NCBI GenBank assembly: GCA_010093605.1
Contig: MU004184.1
Location: 1,622,801-1,686,800 of the forward strand
Direction: 5' to 3'
DNA: 64,000 nt
From: Lophium mytilinum
Lineage: Eukaryota
Part shown: positions 13,363 through 25,600 of the stretch, one piece after another
Position numbering within the stretch: position 1 is the stretch's first letter
Layout of the letters: every line of letters begins with the position of its first letter
Translations under genes and position numbers: made by a program
Notes under the pieces: model-generated
Seen by the model: the letters and a program-made list of their open reading frames with translations, nothing else
Told to the model about the DNA's origin: nothing
Databases searched by the model: none

Positions 13363-14733
13363 ATGCCGGCGCCGACCACCACTCTACTCATCGAGGGTAC
13401 CTTCGAGGAGCTCGTTGACGAACTTGCAACATACATCGACAATTTGAAAAAGGCACACGGCGATGAGGAATCCAACATCCAGGCCGAATGCACCTCGCTA
13501 TTAGCAGAGAACAAGAAGGACGATGTGTTGAAGAAGCTGGTGACGGGTAGTGCCACCCTGAACGAGGCCCCGGAGAAGGGTGAGTTCCGCATATTATGTT
13601 TAATCTAAGTTGGAACAAGCATCTAACAAAACTGTTGCGCAGAATTCATAGCCGCCTACAACCTCCTCGTCCACCTAATACGGCAATCGCCAAATCTAAA
13701 CATGTTCCTCCCCCGCGTGTGCCAGAACCTCACCGCTCCAGTCAGGTCCTCGCCAGCCAACGGCGCCGGCCTGGCCCTCTCCATCCTCAGCACTGTCTTC
13801 AACACCCTGCAGCCAGACAATGACAACCGGTATCATGTGTTCCTCGCCATTCTAAACGTTGTTCGACGGAGCACCAACTTCGAAACTCTCCGCCCCCAAC
13901 TGAAGCATCTCGACCAGTGGCTAGCGGCTTGGGACATGGATGAAGAAGACCAGCGGAAACTCTACCTCGCTATTGTTGAAGTCGCTACTGTTGCGGGCGA
14001 AGAGGAGCAAGCCTACCAATACCTTGTTCGGGCCCTACGAACCATTCCCTCTGACGAACTGTCGACCCCAGAATCGCAACAACTCTCCCTGCGCGCGCTC
14101 AAATCTGCCCTCACCCACCCGACCCACTTCGACTTCCAGGATCTTACTGCCCTAGATACCATCCAGGCTCTCCGCAACTCCGATCCCATCTACTTCCAAC
14201 TCCTCGAGATCTTCACCGCCGACCTCTTGGACGACTTCAACGATTTCAAGGACGAGCATGACGGCTGGATCGAGGAGCAGGAGCTGGATGCTGATGCGTT
14301 GAACCGGAAGATGCGACTCCTAACACTCGCCTCGATTGCCGCAAGCACCGGCCAAACACGCTCTCTCCCCTACGCCCATATCGCCAAGGCACTCCAGATC
14401 CCATCCTCCGACGTCGAAATGTGGGTCATTGACGTGATCCGGGCCGGCCTTGTCGAGGGCAAGCTATCTCAGCTCACGCAGACCTTCCTCATCCACCGCA
14501 GCACGTACCGAGTCTTTGGCGAGAACCAGTGGCGCGAGGTCGCATCCCGGCTAGACATGTGGCGGAACAGCTTGGTCGGTGTGCTGCAGGTAATCCAGAT
14601 GGAGAAGGCGAGTTTCATTCAGATGAAGGATGCAGAGAACAAGGAGATCGAGGCGAAGCTTAATGGTGCGAGCGGTAGGGGAGGCGGGTTCTCGAAGATG
14701 ACATCGAGGAGAGAGGAGCCGGAGTTGGAGTAG
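13363..14733 (+). CDS. eIF3m: Eukaryotic translation initiation factor 3 subunit M (PCI domain); intron 13580-13642
   Basis: MPAPTTTLLIEGTFEELVDELATYID...EKEFIAAYNLL; PCI region RKMRLLTLAS...VEMWVIDVIRAGLVEGKLSQ...RVFGENQW. Canonical GTGAGT...CTAAC...CAG intron. Confidence 0.93.
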
Positions 14734-15149
14734 AGGAGTCCTGTTCCCTTTTCTTCCCTTTTTATTTTGGGCGATGGGATGAAGTCAGTAGGTTAAAAGA
14801 TCGGGCGCGGGTGGGTCAGGCGGGCTTGGGTTGCATCTCTCGGGTGTGGGATCGATCAAGGGATGGTACGAAGACTCAAGAGGTACGCGTACATGACACA
14901 TGGCTCATGTACCATAAGTCGTGGAAATGAAATCCATCCAAAGTCTCTGTTTTCTTGCAGACCCTCCAAGAGTGCTCGAGTCTCGCAGGTCCCTGCGAAG
15001 GTTGATCCATGATCAAGGCACGTCTAGCTGTTGGGACATAACAATGACCTACAGCAAGCAAGGCTGGTAGCAATGAGGTTCGACTATGTATACAATGTCT
15101 TCTTTGGTCAACGTTCGGACGCTTTGACGGAGTCCAGCCCAAGCGGAGC

Positions 15150-15840
15150 AAGAAGAAGGTATAGTAGAGGACCTCCACTTATTAGAACCAAGTCTAGTTG
15201 CAAGTTGTCACATAATCAACCACGCAAGAGGAATTACTAGACGCGGAGAGGTACACCGAGTGCCCGCTTTCTAACCTAGAAGCAACGAGCCCTGAATCAG
15301 GTCTCCAGAAAAAGGATTAAAAGAAGCCGCTGAAGCGCATCTATTTATTAAATTAGAACTCCAGTTACAAGTTATCACATATTCAACCGCGCAAGAGCTT
15401 TTTTAGTAGACGGGGAGGGGTACGCCTCGTGCCTATCTTGGTACCCCTTTTTCAACCTAGAAGTATACGGGCCCTAAATCAGGTTTCTAGAAAAAGGATT
15501 AAGAGAAGCCGCTAAGGTGCTTCTAATTATTAGGTTAGAACTCCAGTTACAAGTTATCACATATTTAACCGCGCAAGAGCTTTTTAAGAAGACGCGGAGG
15601 GCTACCCCTCGTGCCTATCTTGGTCACTCTTTTCTAACCTAGAAGCAACGGGCCTAAATCAGGCCATCGACAAAAGGCTCAGGAAAAGCTACTAGAGCAC
15701 CTCCACTCATCAGAATTAAAGTCTAGTTACAACCTTTCACATAATCAACTGCGCAAGAGCTTTTTAGATATACGCGGAGGGATGCGCCTCATGCCTACCT
15801 TAGTAACCACATTCTTAATCTGCAAGTAACGGGCTGAGAT
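15150..15840 (+). repeat. Tandem array of about 4 diverged ~180-bp units
   Basis: Core AGTTRCAA-N5-CACATA-N-TYAACYRCGCAAGAG recurs near 15196, 15363, 15545 and 15725. It is followed by ACGCGGAG, AACCTAGAAG and AATCAGG in most units. Confidence 0.9.
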
Positions 15841-16124
15841 TTTGTTGGATTATGAAATTCATCTATAGCAATCGTGGCTGGTAGCAAATAAGATGGATGC
15901 TGATGCAGATGAAATTCACTTTCCGCCAATTGATCAGGCTATACCAACTGCAAACGAACAAACTTTCGAGGAATCGCAATTTTCATTTAATGTAGTAACT
16001 CGCTGCACACCTCCAAAACTCCTCGAAGGCCTCCAAGAAGGAGTGGCACTGGAAAGAAGACACAACGAATAACGCTATTCCTGCCGCTTCGGAGGTAAAG
16101 CAACAAACAAACTCAGCAGACATC

Positions 16125-17050
16125 TCATGCCTTAGGCCTCGTGCCTTTTGCAAAGAAGACAGTCCGCTCCATCTTCTTCCCTCCAAACTCCATATACACC
16201 TTCTCCTCCATCACACTAATCTCAAACCCCACCAAGCCCGCCTCCTCAAAGAACGCACGAACCCCCGCCTCATCAAACGAAAAGACCTTGATCGCAGCAC
16301 GCATGTCGCTCGGCAGATCCGCAGGCTCGTGGGAATGGTGCCCTTGATGGTGCGAGTGGTCATGATGATGGTGGCCGTGACTATGCTCGCCATGTCCTTC
16401 CACGGTGCCGTGGAAGACGTCCGTGTCCGGCCCCTGGAGGAAGTCGCTGATGACGAGCACGCCGCCGGGCTTTAGTCGCTCGGTGAGGCGCTTGGTGCAG
16501 AGGACGACGTCGTCGAAGTGGTGGTACCCGGCGCTGACGACCGCGAGATCGAAGTTGAAGAATTCGGGCCCTGAGAGCGCTTCGGGGGGCTCTGGGGCGA
16601 ATAAGTCGCCTACGACGGCGGAGATCTGGGAGTTTGGGAGGCTGGATGATTTGGCCTGCTCATTGTATGCGGCGACCATGTTCGGAGAGATGTCGATGCC
16701 GACTGTGGTAGTTACGTAAGGGCCTAGTGCCTAAGGAGGTCAGTAGGTGGACAGGAAATGTGTGCGTGACATATCGAGCTTACTCGGGAGACCATGCCGG
16801 TTCCACATGCATAGTCAAGAAGTCGGACGGTCTTGTCAGAGTTGGTGGCGTCTTCGTCGAGGAAGTCTACTCCAATCCAGTCACGACGAGATCGGAAAGC
16901 CTCAATCAGCTGTGGGCCCAACTTCTTAGCCCAGGGCGAGCCATCGTACATGTCGGTCAAGTTGCTGTTAATGAGTGAGCTTGTGTCGACATCAGAAAAT
17001 GGAAGGTATCTTTACTCGAAAAACTTTCGATTCGCTTCTGCTAGGGCCAT
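16125..17050 (-). CDS. Class I SAM-dependent methyltransferase with His-rich insert (3 exons)
   Basis: Motif I LLDYACGTGMVSR, then VGIDISPNMV, FDLAVVSAGYHHFDD and RLKPGGVLVISDF. Start MALAEANRKFF at 17050, joined by GT-AG introns. Confidence 0.85.
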
Positions 17051-17359
17051 TTTGATTCAGTCGAGGATTAGAAAAGTGAAAGATGATATGGAGGCTTTGC
17101 GTTGGAATCTTGATGGTTTTTTCTAGGTTGCGCTGGAACAACGGTATCTTTATACAAAGCGCAAAGCGCCTCCTCGCGTAGCGTTTAGTGTGCTGGTAGT
17201 GGAAGTCGCCGACCATCCATGCTCGGAGACATTTCACAGAACGTTCCTATTGGTCCAGAGAAGTTGCAAAGTTCTTCTTCGAGAGTGATATCAATAGACA
17301 AACCGGAAGCTTTTATGAACCTTCAGGCAGACGTTTCGCGGGACCATTGGACTACGGCA

Positions 17360-18342
17360 TCAGTCGAACATGCCGCCAAGATCAGCGTCCGACTCATGAT
17401 TACCGTCCGTATTCTCTGCATTATGGAGGCTTTGCTGTCGAATAAGACCTTCTTGCCTCTTCCGTTGCCGTCTAACCTCAGGATCTTCGTATCCCTTTTT
17501 CACATGCTGCGGTTTGGCAGAGCCATTCGCCGAAGCATGACTATATTGGCTGTGAAGAGCATCGCGGAACCTGAGGATGCGGTCACTGTTAATTTGAAAC
17601 CTCTCATTGGCCAGCCCTACCATCATCCGGAGATAGTCTTCATCGATAAAGGCAACGTTACAGCCACTGGGGTCTTGATAACCTATTATGGAATCGAAAG
17701 AGAACCCAGCAGAGCGAATGGCGACCATGGGATTTGTTTCTCCCTGCACGGAATTGAAACCCATAGCACCACTTTCTCGGAATGCAGCAGTGTTTGCAGC
17801 AGATAGAACGCGTTGAGCATGCTCAAACGAAGCCGTCAATAAGTGCAAGATCTGTTGGAGTGTTAGGAAGTTGGTAAAACGTTGCATCAGAGAGAGTCGA
17901 GCGTTACCATAGGCTCAAACTTTAGATGAATGTATCGTCGCCCTTGCTCGTGATACTGGACATCCGAGCTTCCTAAAGACTGCAATCCAAATTCGCTGAA
18001 AAAGGAATGTTTAGAAGGACGTTTCGAGAAGTCGATTGGATCATGAGACACGAAAAGCCAAGTACCACCCCCTCCTTTGCCCCCAGGTGTGGCACGGGAG
18101 GGGTCATTGTCGTCAAGAGTCTCTAGTGTTGGAACGTTCTTCTTTCTACCTTCCAGGAAGACGCTAATTCTACCAGCGCAGCTACTTGTTGTCACTAAGC
18201 CATCCAAGGCGTTGATCTCATCGATGAGAGTTCGGATGCCTTCATCGATAGAGCCTTTAGGAGATAGGTCGTTGTAGTCGTCTACAGGTACAGCAAGCTG
18301 CTGGAGTATGGTTGCCTTTTTGGCTTCAAATAGAGACGGCAT
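17360..18342 (-). CDS. TYW3: tRNA wybutosine-synthesizing protein 3 (tRNA-Phe yW methyltransferase), 2 exons
   Basis: DLSPKGSIDEGI, TTSSCAGRISVF, LKFEPM|ILHLLTAS, AAFRESG and MVAIRS motifs of the TYW3 family. One short GT-AG intron near 17.9 kb. Confidence 0.92.
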
Positions 18343-18521
18343 TGTTTACGGCAGGATGGTGTTGAGGTTTTTGTCGTGGGGTTCGAGCGGCAGATCCCCA
18401 AAGTGCGGGTCATTGCGCACGGACTCCCTCCAAATTCAACTCCACATTCCGACCACTTTTGTAGCTTCACACAACAATATCAGGATCCAATTTGGATACA
18501 TCGGACCTTTTGAATAGAGCT

Positions 18522-21500
18522 ATGCCTCGACGCTCAGCAAAGCAAGTAAAGGCTTCGGCCTCCCGCAGCTCCTCCAAACGACCTGCATCCCCGAAGGCAA
18601 CACCCATCCGGCAGTCCAAGCGTGCCAAAGCTACCCCTGCCAAAAGCTCATACTTCGAGCACGACTCCGAGGACGATGTTGACGATGCAGTCTCGGAGTT
18701 TGCAGAAGATGCCGACGGCGGAAAAGAGTCGGTCTACGACGAAGACGAAGCTAAAACAAGCCCATCGCCCTCTGCCGAATCTGATATTGAAGCGGAAGAC
18801 AGCAATGACGAGGACGAAACGCCACGCAAGAAGGGTCAGAAAGCCCAGCCAAAGAAGGGAGTCTCAATGCCAATCCGAGGTGGCACCAAAGACAAGGACC
18901 TCTGGAAGACGGGTGCCAAACTGCCACCCGGATCCCAAGTAATCATCAAGAAGCCTAAAGCTCGTGACGCCGGGGACACGCCGTACACCGATGAGAGCAT
19001 TCACCCCAATACTATGCTGTTTCTGAAGGACCTTGCTGCAAACAACGATCGGGCTTGGTTGAAAAGTAAGCTAATTCCTACACTTGAAGTAGAGGTGTTG
19101 CAAGAGCTGGCTTGATATGCAAGAGGCTTCACGGTCTTTCAAGTTACCTGCAGCTAAACGGGTCTTCTAGTGCATGATCCGGACTATCGAGCTTCTCTTC
19201 AAGATTTCACGACTTTCTTGGATTGTCTTACGCAAAAAGTCATCGAAGTCGACGAGACAATCCCTGAGTTGCCTGTGAAAGATATTGTCAGTTTCGAGAT
19301 AGCATGAACATGGGCCACTGGATTTGTCTCTGACGCTGCTGTAGATATTCCGTATCTACCGCGATATTAGGTTCAGTTCGGACCCTACCCCCTACAAGGT
19401 GAGAGCCCGTCTCAGTTTGCTTTCGTTAGCATACTCAAGGATGTGTGCGGCGCAGCTGGCGACCGTCATGGGGGAGGCACAACGTTCTTCTGGTGGAGCC
19501 ACGACATGTTGGCTTGCAAGTGCAGCTCCAGATTGTTACACACTCCTTAGGGGCCCCTTCGAGCATCTCACTGGCCATCGCCCAGGCTATGGCGATGTGA
19601 CATATCAGCTCTTGCATATGAGCGTCTGCTAACGGTCTCTAGACTCATTTCTCGGCTGCATGGTTAGCTTCCGGCCTATCTTTCATGCATGCAAGTATTG
19701 ATATTTGAGTAGGTCACGCACTGGCCGAAAAGGACCATATGCAGCGTATTACGTGCAGATCAAGCCTGGTGGAAACTTTGTCGGTGAGTCTTCGTATCTC
19801 ATTATTTAGCTGCATTGGCACAAGAGCATCTCGGGGGCACTGCATCTACGCGAGCTCTTTGAGAGTATGCATGACATGGCGACAACAATCCTCAGGAGTC
19901 CTGCTGTGGAACCACAAACAACGTAGGATGCCGTCTACGGCACTCCTTACCCGTGTGCTTCAGCACTCCATGCAGCCCGCATGATTGCTCACTGAGGCTC
20001 CTGGCGTGAAGCACAACCTTGACGAGGTTGCTTGGGCATGGGACTTGACTTGTTGCACAACCAATTGCGTGCACGCAAGTCTACATCACGTACAACCAGA
20101 GGCGGGGAGAACATGGCTGCTTCTTGGACTACGTCTACAGAAGTGCAGCAAGTGCATGCTGCATGCAGCATCGCTCAGGCCCACGGGAAACCCATGAGAT
20201 TCGACCTCTTGTACTCCCACACAAGCCGCAACTTGGTCAACAGGGGCTCGAGAACCGCAATTTCAGCTCCGTTCAACTTCCAAGCCTCATTCGCCAATGC
20301 GGCTCTAGAATCTGGCTGGATGATGCCTAGGCTGTGTTGTCCATCGAGTGACGCTGTCTGGACTGTTGACGCCTCAGTGTCGGCCACCGCAAGCATTGCT
20401 CAACGGCCGCCAGTATATATAGTCTCCTCCATATCGCGCTTTCTCGGAAGGTTCGGTCAAGAGGTCATTGCTTGTGGGGCGCTTTTTGTGCAGTAAGCGT
20501 CGATTGTGAAAGGGCGGTGGGTCCTGGTGCCAGGTGGACCGCCTAACGATCGCGACGAAAGTCTAGGGAGGAGGATGTGGGCTAGCACGCACGACGCTGA
20601 AATCTGCGAGCTTCAGTCAACTGCAAGCTTGTATAGGCTGTCGGATTGAGGTAGTATGATGAGGTGGTTGATGACGGCGTCTGGAGACTGGAGTGCGCTG
20701 CAACGGTCAGCCGAGGGGTCAACAGCAGACTCGCACCCAACAGGAGCCAACTGGATCCAATACGCTGCTGCAGTTGGACCATGAGGAGGATATATAGTCG
20801 TCGCATGCCTTTTCCAGGAGAAACAGCAGCCCTCAGGTTGTTTTTCTCTGTTGGATCGAGGTGTCTGTCGCCGAAGCAATCTGACCACAGCCTAACAGTT
20901 CGACCTCAGTAGCTTGGACAGCAGACTGACGCTGCACTGATGCCCTGAGATGTCTCTTTGCCATTCAGCGTGTCTTTGTGTATTCTTCTGGCAGGCTAAC
21001 GCGTGTTTGAAGGTGGAGGACTGTGGTGCCCAGCAGCTGAACCGCTCGGTCTCCTGCGACGCGACATCGACAGGAAGCCGCACAACATCAAGCGTGTGCT
21101 CACTGATGCTGGAATCCGACGAGCATTCCTCGGAGGGGTTGCCGACAGCGAGAAGAAGGCTGTGACTGCGTTCTGTAGTCAGTCCGAGAATGCGTCGAAC
21201 GCGCTCAAGACGAAACCCAAGGTCAGTTACTTCAGTTCGTCTCACTTCATCAAGCAAGCACTAGGTCGCATCACCTGCCAGGGGCTGGAGCCCTTATGAA
21301 GCCTGTTTAGCAAGCAGACACTGGTGAGTCTACTGCTGTTGAGGTTGCCGTTGGGTTGTATACACGCGTCCCGAGTGCAGCCAGTGCACGACAGTCGATA
21401 GTACGGTCATTCAGAGGAGAAAGCAACAGAGATTTCGAACTGTCTCGTCCATACAGACATGGAAAGACGATGCAATTGATGGCTTGAACGGAGGTCGATG

Positions 21501-22670
21501 GCTGTAAGGGCGGGTGCGGGTTAGGTCCCTCGAGCGGTCGCTACCAAGACATATCAAAATGGACCAATGTCATTGGGCGGAACAACAGCATCCCGGAAGA
21601 CCTCCTGAATTATGGTAAGGAACCCACTCCGATTGAATATATAAATCTTGCTAATAAAATACTCTATACGTCTATCCATAACAACACCTAAAGCCCGCTG
21701 AGAAAATAAATGGGTGTTGTTTTGGAACCCATCTCCTCCTCAGGAACAACCGGCCCTTCTCCATCGTCGATGCGACGGCGTCACCGGCGCGGCGAACCTT
21801 CTTCTAAACCGCTTCACTACGCCAGCACTTGCGGCCAAGGAGATCAACCTACATGCCTACTTGGAAGATAGTCCGACGTGTAATCAGGGGGACTGACTAT
21901 CAAGGAACCATCACTGATACAGCCCCCTATCGGCTTATCCATTGAAAAAGGCTAATGTGAAAGTCTAACTATTGTTTCTGGACACGCATTTCTGAAGCGA
22001 GCGTCTTCCATGTTATGCCGAAAGAAAGAGCAGAACTGACAGACTCTGATAGGGATATGAGAACGATCACAAGGACATCCAGCTCCTGCGACTGAGGAAC
22101 TTCACCATCGGGACGAAGCTGGCAGACGATGAGGTCGTCGGACCTAAGGGTCTGGACCGGATAGTCGAGCTGCTCTCGCGCCTGGCGCCCTTTGTAAGTG
22201 CCCTTTCCATCCTTGCGTCGCGCCCGTCTTGCCGTCCTCAGCACCAAGGACGGGGGCGACGGATCAGACCATATTCTGCAGCGGATCAGAGCGGGCGAGC
22301 TGAAGGGGGGGCAGCGGGCGGCCTCGATGCAGCAGTCTTGCGGTTTTCAACTCTGGTACCCTAGCTGGTAGCCTTCGCTGGCGCTGGTGCGTTGGCACTG
22401 CAGGCGGAGAGGCCACCTGAGTCCATCCGCAGGCCGGGCCACGCCGCTGCTCGCTCGAGTGCTGAGTCGCTTGCGCCTGCGAGTCGCCTCCAAGGCCGGT
22501 GAGCTGGCCCATTTCCCCACCCAGCGCTAATGTGGGCACTGCCGCAGATCACATACCTCAACAGCGTCGTGATGCCCGACGCAGCCGCGGATTCGAGCAG
22601 CGACGAGGACTCCTCAGAGGCGGAGGGCGAGGACGAGGGCGAGGACGAGGGCGGCGAGGAGGGGGAGTAA
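18522..22670 (+). CDS. DUF2461-like conserved hypothetical protein with acidic/basic N-terminal extension, about 8 exons
   Basis: Spliced product contains FLKDLAANNDRAWLK, IFRIYRDIRFSSDPTPYK, GPYAAYYVQIKPGGNFV|GGGLWCP, ALKTKPK|GYENDHKDIQLLRLRNF and ends ITYLNSVVMPDAAADSSSDED...GE*. Introns include 19784-21012 and 21222-22052. Confidence 0.85.
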
Positions 22671-25600
22671 CGCGGATTTGCGACGAGGGGGGTAGTCGGG
22701 CAGGATAAGCCTGTGTGCGGCGAGACAGGCAGCAGAATACCACAAACGGCATGCAAAGCCCTTGCAAATACGACGGCGACGGGCTGCGATTGGCACAGCG
22801 TGCGTGTGGTGCTGGGTGACGCAGCGAATGAACGTGGGCGTAGAGCCGCCCCGGCAGAGGCGCATCTGCTCTCCACTTACGTGCAGTAGCGTCGTCTGCC
22901 CTCCCGCCCGCACATGAGCTGAAGGTCACGTTACCTGCTAAGCTGGCCGCCCGACAGGGAGGTCCTTGGGCACCGAGCCGAGTTCTGCCGCGATCGAGCT
23001 ACGGCCCGCTCCATGTGCTTTTCTGCGCCCGCGTGCCCAGGTGTGGAGAGAGACAGTGCGCCGAGGAACAGCCGGTCCGCTGCGCGCTGTGACAGCACTC
23101 CCCTTCACAGCCAACACCAGCCCAGCCATTGTCACCAGTCGCATCCTGCTCATGCATAGGCATCCATCCATCGCACTGCCGCCTCGCCGCTCGCCCGAAC
23201 TTGCTTTTCGCTCGCAGCAGGCCGTCAGCAGCTAGGGCTGCCATGCTACGCCCCGCCGCGCGCATCCTGGTCGTGCTGCCGGGAACGGTTTGCGAATTGT
23301 TTCTGAGGGACGGCCCGCATTCTGTGCAAATTGGACTAGGGTGTCAGGGCTGTGCCACTGCTTCCAATCTAACCCTCCACCTCGTCCGCACACGGCCGCA
23401 TCTGGCAGACTGGCACCCACCCGTCGGCATCCTTCGCCGCCGTTGAAGATTATACCGCTGCATGTGCGCCTGCGGCGTCGCGAGTGTGGGGTCGAGCGGT
23501 GTGGGTGGTCCTATTTCCTGTCAGAAGCCGGCTCGACGGGGTACGTCTTGTCCGAAGCGCTGCTCGTCTGCGTCCTCTTGGCAAATGGGCGGCCGAATTG
23601 GCGCTGGAGACGGGCGAGTGCTCAACTGTACGGAAACTGTTGCATCTTGGTGTTGTCGCTGGGCGTGGAGAGGCTCGCACGTCAGTCCTGCGGTAGCGAT
23701 GGATCGGCGCCGTGAGCTCACCAAGCATCGTCGCCGTATCACGGCCCTGGATACCGCATCGACCCTCGATACCGGTCAGCTGCTGGAGGAGAAGGTGGCT
23801 CCCCGGCCCCGACGGTGAATTTTCCAGATCGTCCCGCACCACATGCGTCCCCTGCTGCTTCGCTGGCCTGGTCGAGCATGATGCAAACGGATGCGAGGGA
23901 GAGGGCGCGGACCGATGAACTGCGTATAGCCGCAGCCGATACACTGGGATCCTGTGCGTCCGTCAATACTGGGCAACGTCAGCAGGCTCTTTCCGTCGTC
24001 TACATCTTGCAGACGACGCCCTGCACCTCCATCACGATTCCTTGTGTGACGGGCAAACGCGGCCAGGATAGCGAAGCACAGTTCTGCACCTCGCTCCAGA
24101 CCGCGTCACAAGACCTGCCAGACTCCCTCTTCTCTGACATCGGTGAGGAGGAGTGCGGCGCAGCGGGCCAGGATTGATAACGTCGTTGGCGGGGCTATCA
24201 CATTTCCGTCTCGTATGGTGTTGGTGGCAGAGCACGCTGCAGAACACCTTCAACACATGCTCTATTGGGGTCACCGTCCCGACCCGCGCGGGGCCAAAAG
24301 CAGCTGACGCGATGATGGCAGGCAGATGCGACTCGGGATGCCGCCGACATCGCGCTGCGGGCTTGGTCTGGTTGTGGGAAGTGAGGAGTAGCGTCTGGAG
24401 TGGCAGAGCGCCTCAGGAGCACTGCAATCTGCATGCAACTCGCAAGATCGCTTGTCCCCGTCGATATGCGGCCTAAAGGCCCGTTATAGGCGCAGCGTGA
24501 CGGCCGTGCGACGAAGCGCGACGGTTGCACAAGCAGTCTGATATTATTCCCTAGACGCGCTTTTCCCGCCAGCCCACGCCATCCCACCATCGCCAGTTTC
24601 GCCCCGGCCCGTGATGTTTCAGCGATAGTTCCCGGCGGGCGCCCTGCACTCTCCCGCTGTCCGGAGTATCAGGGACAGGAACTGTGCAACTGCCCGTTCC
24701 CCTGTTGCTGTGGGCAGCCTTGGGCGCAAGCAAACGCTGCAACGCAGGCTGACGACGCCGAAACCGTCGACTGCGAGCCCGTGGCCACGGCCGTCCAGTG
24801 CCAACACACGCTGCCCAGGCTCTCTGGCCACACACCGGTCGGTTCGTGAGTCCTGTTCCAAATGCCTCGGCGGGCGTGCATGGCGCTATGATAGGCGGCC
24901 GCTGCATCATACGAGTTCTGGTAAGCACGGGAGGAGCCCGATAGTGCTGGAATGAATCTGACGGGTACGGGCCTGTTGATCCTATGACCGCGAAAGATTT
25001 GCTGCGTTGCGGCGGCGGCGCTGGATTGGATTGCAAGCCCTGCGATCGATGGAGACGCTCAACTAGAGGCGTTCCCTCCAACACCACTCCTGCGACGACA
25101 TCTGCTTGCCACCAGCAGCGCCATCGCCAAACGGTTCGCGCGGCGGCTTGGTTCGCCCCCCGGTAGGTTTCGCCATCATTGCCAGCTGCGGGAAGGCCGG
25201 CACTATTATAGAGCATTTCTCGGTTCCCTGGGCCTGTCAGCGAATGGCCAGCGCGGGGACTGGGTTTCCGGGATGCTGAATCGAAGCACCCGGGGCAGAC
25301 GAGCGCATGTAACAGCGGGCAGCAGCACGGTGAGTTGCCCACTGTGATTCGAGCCCACACCGGCAGTGACGACATGGCTCGCGGACGACGACGGCAGGGC
25401 GAGCAGCGCACATACGGCCCGCCGGTCGGCTCTATTTTGACTTAATATCTCCAGAGTTGCGCGGCAGCCTCAGCTCGCTTTGCTGACGTGCGCTGACTGG
25501 CCAGGCGCAGCACCACCAACAGCCTTTTACCGTCGCGCATTCTGTGATTGGAGGATGTCAGGAGGCCGCATTTCAGGCCGATCCACCCCCCGACAGCCCT

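Noticed and set aside
15150..15840. Regularly spaced repeats as a CRISPR-like array
   Set aside because: Whole units are homologous with no unique spacers, the context is eukaryotic, and there are no cas genes.
21400..21900. Group I intron or TPP riboswitch remnant inside the 831-bp intron (AAGATAGTCC, GCTGAGA)
   Set aside because: Only isolated short matches; the other required core elements are missing.
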